Positions 13,232 to 25,965 of a DNA stretch of 64,000 nucleotides are shown piece after piece (position 1 is the first letter of the stretch; each line of letters begins with the position of its first letter). The notes below the pieces were generated by a model that saw only the letters and a program-made list of their open reading frames with translations, did no database searches and had not been told where the DNA came from. Position numbers and translations under genes: made by a program. The stretch is from assembly GCA_964016885.1 (NCBI GenBank), contig OZ024764.1:8432001-8496000 (forward strand), written 5' to 3'. This stretch comes from Eledone cirrhosa. Taxonomy: Eukaryota.

Positions 13232-15890
13232 CCTCCAGTCCACACTGTAAAGTGGTCATGTAGGTGTCACAACAAAAACCTCCTAGTACACACTGTAAAG
13301 TGGTCATGGAGGTGTCACAACAAAAAGCACCCAATCCACACTGTAAAGTGGTCAAGTAGGTGTCACAATAAAAATCACCCAGTCCACACTGTAAAGGGGT
13401 CAAGTAGGTGACACAACAAAAAGCACCCAGTCCACACTGTAAAGTGGTCATGTAGGTGTCACAACAAAAAGCACCCAGTCCACACTGTAAAGTGGTCATG
13501 TAGGTGTCACAATAAAAAGCACCCAGTCCACACTGTAAAGTGGTCAAGTAGGTGTCACAATAAAAATCACCCAGTCCACACTGTAAAGTGGTCATGTAGG
13601 TGTCACAACAAAAAGTACCCAGTCCACACTGTAAAGTGGTCAAATAGGTGTCACAACAAAAAGTACCCGGTCCACACTGTAAAGTGATCAAATAGGTGTC
13701 ACAACAAAAAGTACCCAGCCCACACTGTAAAGAGGTCATGTAGGTGTCACAACAAGTACCCAGTCCACGCTGTAAAGTGGTCATGTAGGTGTCACAACAA
13801 AAAGTACCCAGTCCACACTGTAAAGTGGTCAAGTAGGTGTCACAATAAAAATCACCCAGTCCCCACTGTAAAGTGGTCATGGAGGTGTCACAACAAAAAG
13901 TACGCAGTCCACACTGTAAAGTGGTCATGTAGGTGTCACAACAAAAAGCACCCAGTCCACACTGTAAAGTGGTCAAATAGGTGTCACAACAAAAAGTACC
14001 CAGTCCACACTGTAAAGTGGTCATGTAGGTGTCACAACAAAAAGTACCCAGCCCACACTGTAAAGTGGTCATGTAGGTGTCACAACAAAAAGTACCCAGT
14101 CCACACTGTAAAGTGGTCAAATAGGTGTCACAACAAAAAGTACCCAGTCCACACTGTAAAGTGGTCATGTAGGTGTCACAACAAAAAGTACCCAGCCCAC
14201 ACTGTAAAGTGGTCATGTAGGTGTCACAACAAAAAGTACCCAGTCCACACTGTAAAGTGGTCATGTAGGTGTCACAACAAAAAGTACCCAGTCCACACTG
14301 TAAAGTGGTCAAGTAGGTGTCACAATAAAAATCACCCAGTCCACACTGTAAAGTGGTCGTGTAGGTGTCACAACAAAAAGTACCCAGTCCACACTGTAAA
14401 GTGGTCATGTAGGTGTCACAACTAAAATCACCCAGTCCACACTGTAAAGTGGTCATGTAGGTGTCACAACAAAAAGTACCCAGTCCACACTGTAAAGTGG
14501 TCATGTAGGTGTCACAACAAAAAGCACCCAGTCCACACTGTAAAGTGGTCAAGTAGGTGTCACAATAAAAATCACCCAGTCCACACTGTAAAGTGGTCAA
14601 GTAGGTGTCACAATAAAAATCACCCAGTCCACACTGTAAAGTGGTCATGTAGGTGTCACAACAAAAAACACCCAGCACACACTGTAAAGTGGTCATGTAG
14701 GTGTCACAACAAAAAGTACCCAGTCCACACTGTAAAGTGGTCATGTAGGTGTCACAACAAAAAGTACCCAGTCCACACTGTAAAGTGGTCATGTAGGTGT
14801 CACAACAAAAAACACCCAGCCCACGCTGTAAAGTGGTCAAGTAGGTGTCACAACAAAAATCACTCAGTCCACACTGTAAAGTGGTCATGTAGGTGTCACA
14901 ACAAAAAGCACCCAGTCCACACTGTAAAGTGGTCATGTAGGTGTCACAACAAAAAACACCCAGCCCACACTGTAAAGTGGTCATGTAGGTGTCACAACAA
15001 AAAAGCACCCAGTCCACACTGTAAAGTGGTCGTGTAGGTGTCACAACAAAAAACACCCAGTCCACACTGTAAAGTGGTCATGTAGGTGTCACAACAAAAA
15101 ACACCCAGTCCACACTGTAAAGTGGTCATGTAGGTGTCACAACAAAAAACACCCAGTCCACACTGTAAAGTGGTCATGTAGGTGTCACAACAAAAAACAC
15201 CCAGCCCACACTGTAAAGTGGTCAAATAGGTGTCACAACAAAAAGCACCCAGTTCACACTGTAAAAAGGTCAAATAGGTGTCACAACAAAAAGCACCCAG
15301 TTCACACTGTAAAGTGGTCAAATAGGTGTCACAACAAAAAGTACCCAGTCCACACTGTGAAGTGGTCATGTAGGTGTCATGACAAACAACACCCAGTCCA
15401 CACTGTAAAGTGGCCATGTAGGTGACACAACAAACAGTACCCAGTCCACACTGTGAAGTGGTCATGTAGGTGTCATGACAAACAACACCCAGCCCACACT
15501 GTAAAGTGGTCGTGTAGGTGTCACGACAAAAAACACCCAGTCCACACTGTAAAGTGGTCATGTAGGTGTCACAACAAAAAACACCCAGCCCACACTGTAA
15601 AGTGGTCATGTAGGTGTCACAACAAAAAACACCCAGCCCACACTATAAAGTGGTCGTGTAGGTGTCACAACAAAAAACACCCAGCCCACACTGTAAAGTG
15701 GTCGTGTAGGTGTCACAACAAACAACACCCAGCCCACACTGTAAAGTGGTCGTGTAGGTTTAACAACAAACAACACCCAGCCCACACTGTAAAATGGTCG
15801 TGTAGGTGTCACAACAAACAACACCCAGCCCACACTGTAAAGTGGTCATGTAGGTGTCACAACAAAAAACACCCAGCCCACACTGTAAAT
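13232..15890. repeat. 48-bp SINE-derived minisatellite
   Basis: Unit cccagtccacactgtaaagtggtcatgtaggtgtcacaacaaaaagya. The same segment occurs once or twice in dispersed SINE copies (e.g. 52230-52340). Confidence 0.95.
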
Positions 15891-16224
15891 GTGGTTGCTG
15901 TTACAATTTCCACATATTTGTCTGTTCATTTGCTTTTGTAATAAATTTTTTAAATTGTAAAGAGACTTTATGGACACCCTGTATAAACTAGGGCTCTGCT
16001 GTGAGAGGGGTTCGGCGCGGCCAACTGGCCTGTGCCTCTTCCTGTTGGAGCCACCCAGTCACACACTGTAAATGTAATCTGCATACAGGTGTAAAATAGC
16101 TGGCCAAATTTATATTCTTTGCCGGAGGAAGGTTTGACATGGTCAACCATGGCCAGACACCAACCCATGCAAGAATGGAAAAATTGACGCTAAATGGAAA
16201 TGATAATACATACACACATACAGA

Positions 16225-16274
<50 letters not shown>

Positions 16275-16313
16275 ACATATAAAACAATCAAATTTTTGTT
16301 TAATGCATTTAAT

Positions 16314-16360
16314 TGCTGACGATTGTTTCTTCCAGAAAAATGTCTGGTATCATCAGAGTA
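16314..16360 (-). ncRNA. Type I hammerhead ribozyme motif (sense to RSRC2 intron)
   Basis: Minus strand: TACT-CTGATGA-TACCAGA catttt TCTGGAA-GAA-ACAATCGT-C-AGCA. Canonical core and GUC site; stem I is weak. Confidence 0.65.
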
Positions 16361-16369
16361 CACATCATT

Positions 16370-16702
16370 CATCATTTCATTTTTACGTCTGCTATTCCCT
16401 GCTTGCAAGGGTGGGACAGGGACTGATTCTGGCTTGATTTCTACAGCTGGATGCCCTTCCTAACACCAACCTCATTTACAGTGAGTGCTGGGTGCCTTTT
16501 TTGCCGTGGCACCTCCACGACCACTTTGCAGTGGAATGATATGGACCCCAGTCCCTATCATCTCATTTCTACAGCTGAGTAAACTGGAGCAATGTGAAAT
16601 AAAGTGTCTTGCTCAAGGAAACAACACATCACCTGGGCTGAGAATTGAATTCACAACCTTTCGATTGGAAGTCCAATGCTCTAACCACTAAGCCATGTGT
16701 CT
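16370..16702 (-). mobile_element. tRNA-derived SINE (family 1; other copies ~21320-21590, 44050-44340, 52090-52520 on +)
   Basis: Head with A box TGGCTTAGTGG and a B-box-like GAATTCAATTC, central CCTTGAGCAAGACACTT segment, GAAGGGCATCCAGC block and (GAT)n tail. Confidence 0.8.
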
Positions 16703-16751
<49 letters not shown>

Positions 16752-17057
16752 GGAATTAGTATATCTACCAACATATATATACAGATGCATACCTATGCTA
16801 GCAAATATATAGGTTTTGTCTTAGTAACTTTGTGGTTCAATGCAAGGGGATGCAGAACAATTATAAAAACACCCCACTCCTCACTGATTAACCTCGATGT
16901 CACATGATTGATTCTTTTGAATTTGCCACCGACCAAATAGGCAGTGATTTTTTCAATGTCTTGGAATTTAGTCCACGCTTGCTTTTTTCCATCCACTGAA
17001 TTATTTTTGTATAAGTTCCCTATGTCCACACATCGCCTGGGATCTTAGCTGAGAATG

Positions 17058-17140
17058 ACTTTCTGATAACGAAATGGCTTCTCCATGCTTTCCATTCGGA
17101 AACCATGTTTATTCCCTTTCAGAAACTAATTAGTTGGAGT
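17058..17140 (+). ncRNA. Degenerate hammerhead (same family as 44968)
   Basis: ACTTT-CTGATAA...GAA-ACTAATTAGT-T-GGAGT. Flanks are similar to those around 44930-45070. Confidence 0.5.
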
Positions 17141-17186
17141 GAAATTTTAGTAAGTAAGTTAATTTTTATAATTTCGTTATTTTACG

Positions 17187-17228
<42 letters not shown>

Positions 17229-17312
17229 TAATAAAATTGAAGACTAAAATCCAAAGAGGGCTCGATAAGGAAAATATATATCAAATATATAAGAACCGTA
17301 GAGCAAATATTT

Positions 17313-17363
17313 AGTTTCAGAAGATCCCGTTAAGGGTGAAAGCAGCGATTCTTTGCTTAAACT
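17313..17363 (+). ncRNA. Hammerhead-like motif with CAGAAGA core variant
   Basis: AGTTT-CAGAAGA-tCCCgttaaGGGt-GAA-AGCA...TGCT-T-AAACT. All three stems pair. Confidence 0.6.
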
Positions 17364-17383
17364 TTAATCTGTTATTTTAATAA

Positions 17384-17416
<33 letters not shown>

Positions 17417-17586
17417 GATAGATAGAGAGAGAGAGAGGGAGAGAGAGAGAGAGAGAGATAGATAGAGAGAGATAAGTGTGGTTCTTAAGAACACAACACA
17501 TTGCTTAGTACAGGAATCGAACCCACAACCTCCTGATTGTAAGTTCAATACCCTAGCCACTGGACCATTAACATGGGAGTACTTAC

Positions 17587-17787
17587 ATGACTTCGTTCCC
17601 GTGAAGAGCTCCTTGACTGGACAGAATCACTTCCCGACTGACTGCGGGAGCTGTGGGCCGGAGTACTGCTACGAGAGTCGTGGCGGCTTCCCATCCCACC
17701 GCTGATCTTCTCATCTACAGGGGACATGCTGCGAGAATGTGCCCCTGGGGACTTGCTAGGGGATCTTGATGGGATTTTCACTTCCTC
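17587..17787 (-). CDS. RSRC2: RSRC2-like exon 4 (EEVKIPSRSPSKSP...SRERSH)
   Basis: aacag|GAG acceptor, CAT|gtaagt donor. 201 nt, SP/RS-rich. Confidence 0.85.
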
Positions 17788-17814
17788 CTGTTACAGAATA
17801 ATAAACAAAATTAA

Positions 17815-19600
17815 ATGTAGGTTTAGCTGGCCTCCTACAAGGTTCTATCTAATAAGAGGTTTCTTGGGTGTTTTAATAAGGACCCTAGTCATGTCATGTT
17901 ACAACTCTCCCCTATGTAGGTTCAGCTGGCCTCCTACAAGGTTCTATCTAATAAGAGGTTTCTTGGGTGTTTTAATAAGGACCCTAGTCATGTCATGTTA
18001 CAGCTCTCCCCTAAGTATGTTTAGCTGGCCTCCTACAAGGTTCTATCTAATAAGAGGTTTCTTGGGTGTTTTAATAAGGACCCTAGTCATGTCATGTTAC
18101 AGCTCTCCCCTAAGTATGTTTAGCTGGCCTCCTACAAGGTTGTATCTAATAAGAAGTTTCTTGGGTGTTTTAATAAGGACCCTAGTCATGTCATGTTACA
18201 GCTCTCCCCTAAGTATGTTTAGCTGGCCTCCTACAAGGTTGTATCTAATAAGAAGTTTCTTGGGTGTTTTAATAAGGACCCTAGTCATGTCATGTTACAG
18301 CTCTCCCCTAAGTACGTTTAGCTGGCCTCCTACAAGGTTGTATCTAATAAGAAGTTTCTTGGGTGTTTTAATAAGGACCCTAGTCATGTCATGTTACAGC
18401 TCTCCCCTAAGTATGTTTAGCTGGCCTCCTACAAGGTTCTATCTAATAAGAAGTTTCTTGGGTGTTTTAATAAGGACCCTAGTCATGTCATGTTACAGCT
18501 CTCCCCTAAGTAGGTTCAGCTGGCCTCCTACAAGGTTCTATCTAATAAGAAGTTTCTTGGGTGTTTTCATAAGGACCATATTCATGTCATGTTACAGCTC
18601 TCCCCTAAGTAGGTTCAGCTGGCCTCCTACAAGGTTCTATCTAATAAGAAGTTTCTTGGGTGTTTTAATAAGGACCCTAGTCATGTCATGTTACAGCTCT
18701 CCCCTATGTAGGTTTAGCTGGCCTCCTACAAGGTTGTATCTAATAAGAAGTTTCTTGGGTGTTTTAATAAGGACCCTAGTCATGTCATGTTACAGCTCTC
18801 CCCTAAGTATGTTTAGCTGGCCTCCTACAAGGTTGTATCTAATAAGAAGTTTCTTGGGTGTTTTAATAAGGACCCTAGTCATGTCATGTTACAGCTCTCC
18901 TCTATGTAGGTTTAGCTGGCCTCCTACAAGGTTCTATCTAATAAGAAGTTTCTTGGGTGTTTTAATAAGGACCCTAGTCATGTCATGTTACAGCTCTCCC
19001 CTATGTTGGTTCAGCTGGCCTCCTACAAGGTTCTATCTAATAAGAAGTTTCTTGGGTGTTTTAATAAGGACCCTAGTCATGTCATGTTACAGCTCTCCCC
19101 TAAGTAGGTTTAGCTGGCCTCCTACAAGGTTCTATCTCATAAGAAGTTTCTTGGGTGTTTTAATAAGGACCCTAGTCATGTCATGTTACAGCTCTCCCCT
19201 AAGTTGGTTTAGCTGGCCTCCTACAAGGTTCTATCTAATAAGAAGTTTCTTGGGTGTTTTAATAAGGACCCTAGTCATGTCATGTTACAGCTCTCCCCTA
19301 AGTAGGTTTAGCTGGCCTCCTACAAGGTTCTATCTCATAAGAAGTTTCTTGGGTGTTTTAATAAGGACCCTAGTCATGTCATGTTACAGCTCTCCCCTAA
19401 GTTGGTTTAGCTGGCCTCCTACAAGGTTCTATCTAATAAGAAGTTTCTTGGGTGTTTTAATAAGGACCCTAGAGGTTCAGCTGGCCTCCTACAAGGTTGT
19501 ATATCTGGAAGGTTTCTTGGGTGTTTTAACGATAGGGGCCCCAGTCCTTTCATGTTATTACAACTCACACCTATGTAGGTTTAGCTGGCCACCTAGAGGG
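17815..19600. repeat. 99-bp minisatellite (~17 units) derived from a dispersed repeat
   Basis: gaccctagtc at 17881, 17980 and onward. Dispersed monomers at ~3480-3650 and ~59690-59800. Confidence 0.95.
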
Positions 19601-19673
19601 TTGTATTGTATAGGTGTTCCTTTGGTGTTATAACAATAGGGGTCACAAACCTATCATATGTTTCTAGGATATT

Positions 19674-19902
19674 TTAACCCTTTAGCATTTAAACCGGTTG
19701 TATCCGGCCAGAATTCTCTCACCTTTCTGTTCAAACCGACTGTAACTGGCCACTCATACTGATGTTAAGGTATTGTTCTCAAAATAAATACTATCAAAAT
19801 GTTGTAGATTCGATATTATGTGAGATAGTTATTTGAGATAAAGTGTTTACCATGAAAATAAAATAGTAAATATATAGAGTAATGTATGTGCTAAAGGGTT
19901 AA
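19674..19902. mobile_element. piggyBac-type MITE (TTAA TSD, CCCTTTAGCA TIR); related copies 23047-23518 (SINE-interrupted), 23555-23765, 57115-57430
   Basis: ttaa|ccctttagca ... tgctaaaggg|ttaa. Confidence 0.8.
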
Positions 19903-20195
19903 TGACAGAAGCCCCAATCATATCATGTAGGTTTAGCTGGCCTCCTAGAAGGTTGCTTCTCATAAGAGGTTTCTTGTATGTTTTAACGATACGGGCCTCA
20001 ATCCTAAAATGAAATGAAGTGTCTTGCTCAAGAACACAACAGCTATGCCCAAAAACCTTATGGAAGGCGAGTTGTGGTGACTAAGCCTACAAACTAGCAG
20101 TAACAATTTTTTCTACATTTCGCACAAGGCCAGCAATTACCCCAGTGCATTACTGGTACTTTATCACTAATAATAATAACAACAACAACACTCAC

Positions 20196-20215
20196 CGCAA
20201 CCTGCTTCTTCAGAT
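20196..20215 (-). CDS. RSRC2: RSRC2-like exon 3, 20-nt microexon ((D)LKKQVA)
   Basis: tttttttccag|ATCTGAAGAAGCAGGTTGCG|gtgagt. Required to convert phase 1 (exon 2) to phase 0 (exon 4). Confidence 0.75.
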
Positions 20216-20257
20216 CTGGAAAAAAAAGAAAAAGATATCAAACATAATTTTATATCA

Positions 20258-20304
<47 letters not shown>

Positions 20305-21109
20305 TATATCTGTTTGAGTATGTGAAATTAAAAATGTAGCTGCCCTACCATAAATGAGAAAATCAAGTAAATTACTCCTTGAGATGGAAAAAATGTGAAT
20401 AGATGTACCCTTTCCTCATATATCTCTGTCTCCAAATGACATCAAGCACCCAGTCCACTCTGTAAAGTGGTTGTGCAGGTGTCATGACAAACAACACCCA
20501 GTCCACACTGTAAAGTGGTCATGTAGGTGTCACAACAAAAAACACCCAGCCCACGCTGTAAAGTGGTCAAGTAGGTGTCACAACAAAAATCACTCAGTCC
20601 ACACTGTAAAGTGGTCATCTAGGTGTCACAACAAAAAGCACCAAGCCCACTCTGTAAAGTGGTCGTGTAGGTGTCACGACAAAAAGCATCCAGTCCACAC
20701 TATAAAGTAGTCATATAGGTGTCACAACAAAAAGTACCCAGTCCACACTGTACAGTGGTCATGTAGGTTGCTGTAGTTAAGGCTATCATAGTTTTCTTCA
20801 TTAAGATTTTCCTTCTGCATTACTGTGTAACACCAAAGATCTCAATCCAGTGTCTTTGTCTTAGAGAGGTATAAGTGTGCAAGGTCAGATTTTATCATGT
20901 TGTCTTAGGTTTTTCTGGGTCTACCTAATCTGTAACTTCCATCAATTTTGATTGCCCTGCACTTTTTTTATTCAGCTGTCATCTTTCATGCACATCACAT
21001 GACCATACCAACGTAATCTCCTCTCAAGTAAACAGCATCTGATCCCTCTCATTCTTAATTTCTCATTTTATAAATATATATATATAAATTTATTAAAACA
21101 ACAGATTAA

Positions 21110-21160
21110 AGTTTAAGCAAAGAATTGCTGCTTTCACCCTTAACGGGATCTTCTGAAACT
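21110..21160 (-). ncRNA. Hammerhead-like motif with CAGAAGA core (same family as 17313), one arm of a fold-back
   Basis: Complete minus-strand copy. An inverted partial copy follows immediately at 21161-21200. Confidence 0.6.
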
Positions 21161-21690
21161 GTTTCAGAAGATCCCATTAAGGGTGAAAGCAGCCGTTCTT
21201 TTAATCTGTTGAATAAATATTTGCTCTATGGTTTTTATATATATTTATAGAGCCCTCTTAGGATTTTAGTCTTCACATTTATTATTATTACTATATATTT
21301 ATATATATATACATTCAGTTGGAGTATTGGCCTTGCAATCGAAAGGTTGTGAGTTCAATTCTCAGACCAGTTTACTCAGCTTTAGAAATGAGATGATAAG
21401 GACTGGGGTCCATTTCATTCCACTGTAAAGTGAATGTGTAGGTCCCACGGCAAAAGAGCACCCAGCACACACTGTAAATGAGGTTGGTGTTAGGAAGGGC
21501 ATCCAGCTGTAGAAATCAAGCCAGAATCAGTTCCCGTCCCACCCTTGCAAGCAGAGAAAAGCGGATGTAAAATGATGATGATGATGATACACACACACAC
21601 AGACACACACACATATATATATACCTAAACATTCAATAATAAGCGAAGAACCCACCAAACATTCAATAATAAGCGGAAGAACCCACCCAC

Positions 21691-22129
21691 CTGTTATGCT
21701 GTCGGAGTCTTGGTTGCTGCTCACACTCCACAGGGACTGGGTACCAGAGTTTAGAACTGGCCCTGGGTGCATCATTAACATATCTGTTCTCTTCACACCC
21801 ATACCACCGCCGTCAGTGGTGGTACTACTGGCTACACCAGCAACACCACCACCACCACCACCTTCAGTGAGTGTTGCAGATGTCACTGCTGCTCCCACCA
21901 TCAAACTTCTGCCAGGGTGGTCATTGCCAACACCATGTAGTAGTTGGTGTTGGTGGTGGTGGTGGTGGTGGTGTTGTTGTTGTTGCTGCTTCAAGTTGTC
22001 GTCATGGCTACCATTCTCGCTTCCGTGTCCAACCGAGATCAGCTTCTCAAACGACTCCCACTCGGCCTGGAGGTCACGAGGGAAGGTTGGCTGCGACTGC
22101 TGCACTCGAGGTGGAGGAGGGCTTTCGTC
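21691..22129 (-). CDS. RSRC2: RSRC2-like exon 2 (DESPPPPRV...WESFEKLI...polyQ/polyH/polyG...SDSIT)
   Basis: Acceptor cttcttcag|GAC, donor ACAG|gtgggt. 439 nt, phase 0->1. Confidence 0.75.
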
Positions 22130-22300
22130 CTGAAGAAGAGAGGGGGAAGGAGGATGACATATTAAATGACACCATACATAGTTCTTGTTGTGGGTTGTGT
22201 GGCCCCGTGGGGCCATGTCTACCCTAAACAACAAGACAAAAATACATCAAAAGAAATATATGTACACATATACATACATACATACATATATATATGTATG

Positions 22301-22331
<31 letters not shown>

Positions 22332-25314
22332 ACAGCAAAATATATATTTAGCAAATTATGCATGTATATATTTTATATATATATATCAAGGTATATACAG
22401 TAAACAATGTATATGTACATTTTATATATATCAAATATATACACAGAAAAACTATGTGTATATACATATATGCAACATACTATGCCTAATATATATATAT
22501 ATATACTCATATACATATACACACATATACATATGCATATATGTAAATAATATATATATACACACACATATACATATAATATATATATACACATACATAT
22601 ACATACACATTTGCACATACCAATATATACTTATATGTATATACATACAAACTATGCATACATATTTTGACCATTCTACCTTCCTTAAGCTGTTTAATTA
22701 ATTACCGATTAGTTTGTTTCAATTAGAAATATCTTATCTTCCGACAATTCTTAGAAATGAAGTAAATAATTATTTTAGTAAATCCCTCAAACCTTGTCAT
22801 TAATCACTATATTTCCTGCCCCCAAAGACGCTACTTTTTTCCTAAAATAACTCTCAGAAATCTACCATGCATCCTGGAGGCCGAAGGTTGTCTATTATTT
22901 TTTTCCAAATTTTTGGTTTGTCAAAATATAAGTGGGTCTCGGCATCAGGGAAACACTTTAGTTATAATAAACCGTGGGCAATTGAACACTCGAACCCTTA
23001 TCTTTAACCATAACACACACACACATATAATATGATGGCAGGACTTTAACCCTTTAGCATTTAAACCAGCCGTCTTGGGCCAGTATTCTCCCAACCCTTT
23101 CTGTTCAAACTGGTCATAACCAGCCACTTATACTAATGATAAGGTATTGTTCTCAAAATAAATGATTTCTAGTATAGGCACAAGGCCAGTAATTTGGGGA
23201 GAGGGGAAAGTCGATTAAATCGACCCCCTCCCCCCACTATGTTAACTGGTATTTTATTTTATCGACCCCGTAATGATGAAAGGCAAAGTTAACCTCAGCG
23301 GGATTTGAACTCAGACCATAAAGGACCATAATTCTATGCAGCAAAGCACGGTGTCCGACTCTATTGATACTGCTAATCCACTGCCCTCTTTCTTCTCAAA
23401 ATAAACAATATCAAAATCTGTTAGATGCGATATCATGTGAGATATTATGTGAGGTAAAGCCTTTACCATGAAAATACAATAGTATATATATAGAGTAACG
23501 TAAATGCTACAGGGTTAATATGTATGATAACTGTCCAAAACAATATCCGCTCTCAACTCTTTAGCATTTAAAGCAGCCATATCTGGCCAGAATTCTCTCA
23601 CCTCTTTCTGTTCAAACCGGCTGTAACTGGCCACTCATACTGATGTTATGGTGTTGTTCTCAAAATAAATAATATCAAAATCATGTAGATTCAATATTAT
23701 GTGAGATAAAGTGTTTACCATGAAACTACAATAGTAAATATAGAGTAATGTAAATGCTAAAGGGTCTAACGCAGAAATAGGGAAGTTACCACAGTCCTAT
23801 TTAGCCAGAGGTTATTTTATCACTTGGTGACACTAACATAATTGGTACTGATTACAATTTCATACCATACCCATCTTACTGCTGTATACCAAATATACAT
23901 AAATGTGTGTATATATAAATATGTATGCAAACGCACACACATACCGATTATGAAACTTATAAATATATATACTACACAGCTACTTGGCATTGCCCAGGAT
24001 AAAGGAGAAATATCTATTTCATTTTCAATGAAATAAAATAGGTGTTCTTAGGGACTACAAGATTTTAAAACATATATATATACTAGACAGCTACCCAGGA
24101 TGAAAAAGAAAAACTTTACAAATTCGGTAAACATAAACCTAAATAAACTCTAAACCATAACAGAGAGTAAGAAGCTACAACAGCCATATTTAGTCCCGGA
24201 CACACACACAATGTTGAATTTGATTTATTGGCAACACTAAACTGCCAAAGCATATTTTTTCAAAGTAAACATAGTCAACACACAAACATAAATATATGTG
24301 TACATATATATGCATATTCAAGAGTGGACAAAGACATAACCCTGAAAAATGCAAGGACACATTTTTAGTTGAACAAACTGTTATTCAACATGCAGTTTTT
24401 CAACAAAATAAAGTTCCAACCCACCTATCACCTGAATCTATCTTATTTCTCATTCTTTCTTCTGATGAAGGACCAGCGTTATGACCCTCTTCCTGCTATT
24501 TCAAGTGTTAACCTAATATATTCCTTCAATATACTGTACCGATTGTCTTGTTATTTCTGTTTACCTTTTACATACATATATACTAGATAGCTACCCGGAA
24601 GAAAACAAGGAAAAATTCCCACAAATTTGATATTTTTAATCCCCCATTCCTTTCCTAAACTACCGTAATAGCAAGAAAGAAAAAAAAATATATTCTTTTT
24701 CATAAATATATTTCAATACAAAAAAAAAAAAACACACATATATATATATATGTAAAGACTAACAAATTTTCTTTTTTTTTCTTTTTCATATGCACAAATT
24801 ATAATAATAATAATAATAGTATATATATATATATATATTAGATGAATAAATAAATTGTTCAGAGAAGCAAATTTTGCCAGTCTGGGTGTACTTACGGCAT
24901 TTTTACGAGAGTTTGGATGAGAGTTCTTAGACAGCCGATCAGTCAGGCCAGATAAATGGCTCAGGTTGATAACTTCAGGTTAAATATGTGAAAGCAAAAA
25001 ATCTAGTTACATCTGGTCTTTTGAATCATGCATAGGGTTTTTATTTTTTTTCGGTATATATTTTTTTTATTTGTATTATTTTTAATGTATTTGTATGATA
25101 TATATATTTTTTTTATATTTAAATATTATTTTAAATATATATTTATATATACATATATATATGTACAACAACTAACTTTTAAGTATTGATAAGAAAGCCC
25201 CTTTTGATATTCGAATGTGCTAGGTTCAAATTCTTTTTTTTTTTCAATTATATTGTTTTGTTTCAAGCGATAAACAGGGTTCCTGAAACCATTACTTCTG
25301 ACAGACTTGATTAA

Positions 25315-25914
25315 TATGTATGTATACATATATATGCATACATATATATATACATACATATATATATATACATATATATGCATACATATATATGCATACA
25401 TATGCATACATATATATGCATACATATATATGCATACATATATATGCATACATATATATGCATACATATATATGCATACATATATATACATATATATGCA
25501 TACATATATATACATATATATGCATACATATATATACATATATATGCATACATATATATACATATATATGCATACATATATATACATATATATGCATACA
25601 TATATATACATATATATGCATACATATATATACATATATATGCATACATATATATACATATATATGCATACATATATATACATATATATGCATACATATA
25701 TATACATATATATGCATACATATATATATACATACATATATATACATATATATGCATACATATATATACATATATATGCATACATATATATACATATATA
25801 TGCATACATATATATACATACATATGCATACATATATATACATATATATGCATACATATATATACATACATACATGTACATGCATGCATACATATATCTG
25901 CATATATATATGCA

Positions 25915-25964
<50 letters not shown>

Positions 25965-25965
25965 G
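25315..25965. repeat. Compound (TA)n/TACA microsatellite (others at 35090-36420, 36780-37275, 46460-46960)
   Basis: Low-complexity TA/CA tracts that produce the YI-repeat ORFs. Confidence 0.95.

Noticed and set aside
13215-15609. 616-aa and 205-aa Cys-rich ORFs (CCDTYMTTLQCGLG repeats; also 39020-42067)
   Set aside because: These translate a 48-bp SINE-derived minisatellite. The unit is divisible by 3, frameshifts occur, one array is intronic, and copies exist in both orientations.
17478-17570. tRNA-like sequence on the minus strand (also ~59880-59940)
   Set aside because: It is a degenerate SINE head attached to the SINE core and has no cloverleaf.
17726-19633. 635-aa plus-strand ORF
   Set aside because: It is a 99-bp tandem repeat antisense within an RSRC2 intron, with no protein-like unique sequence.
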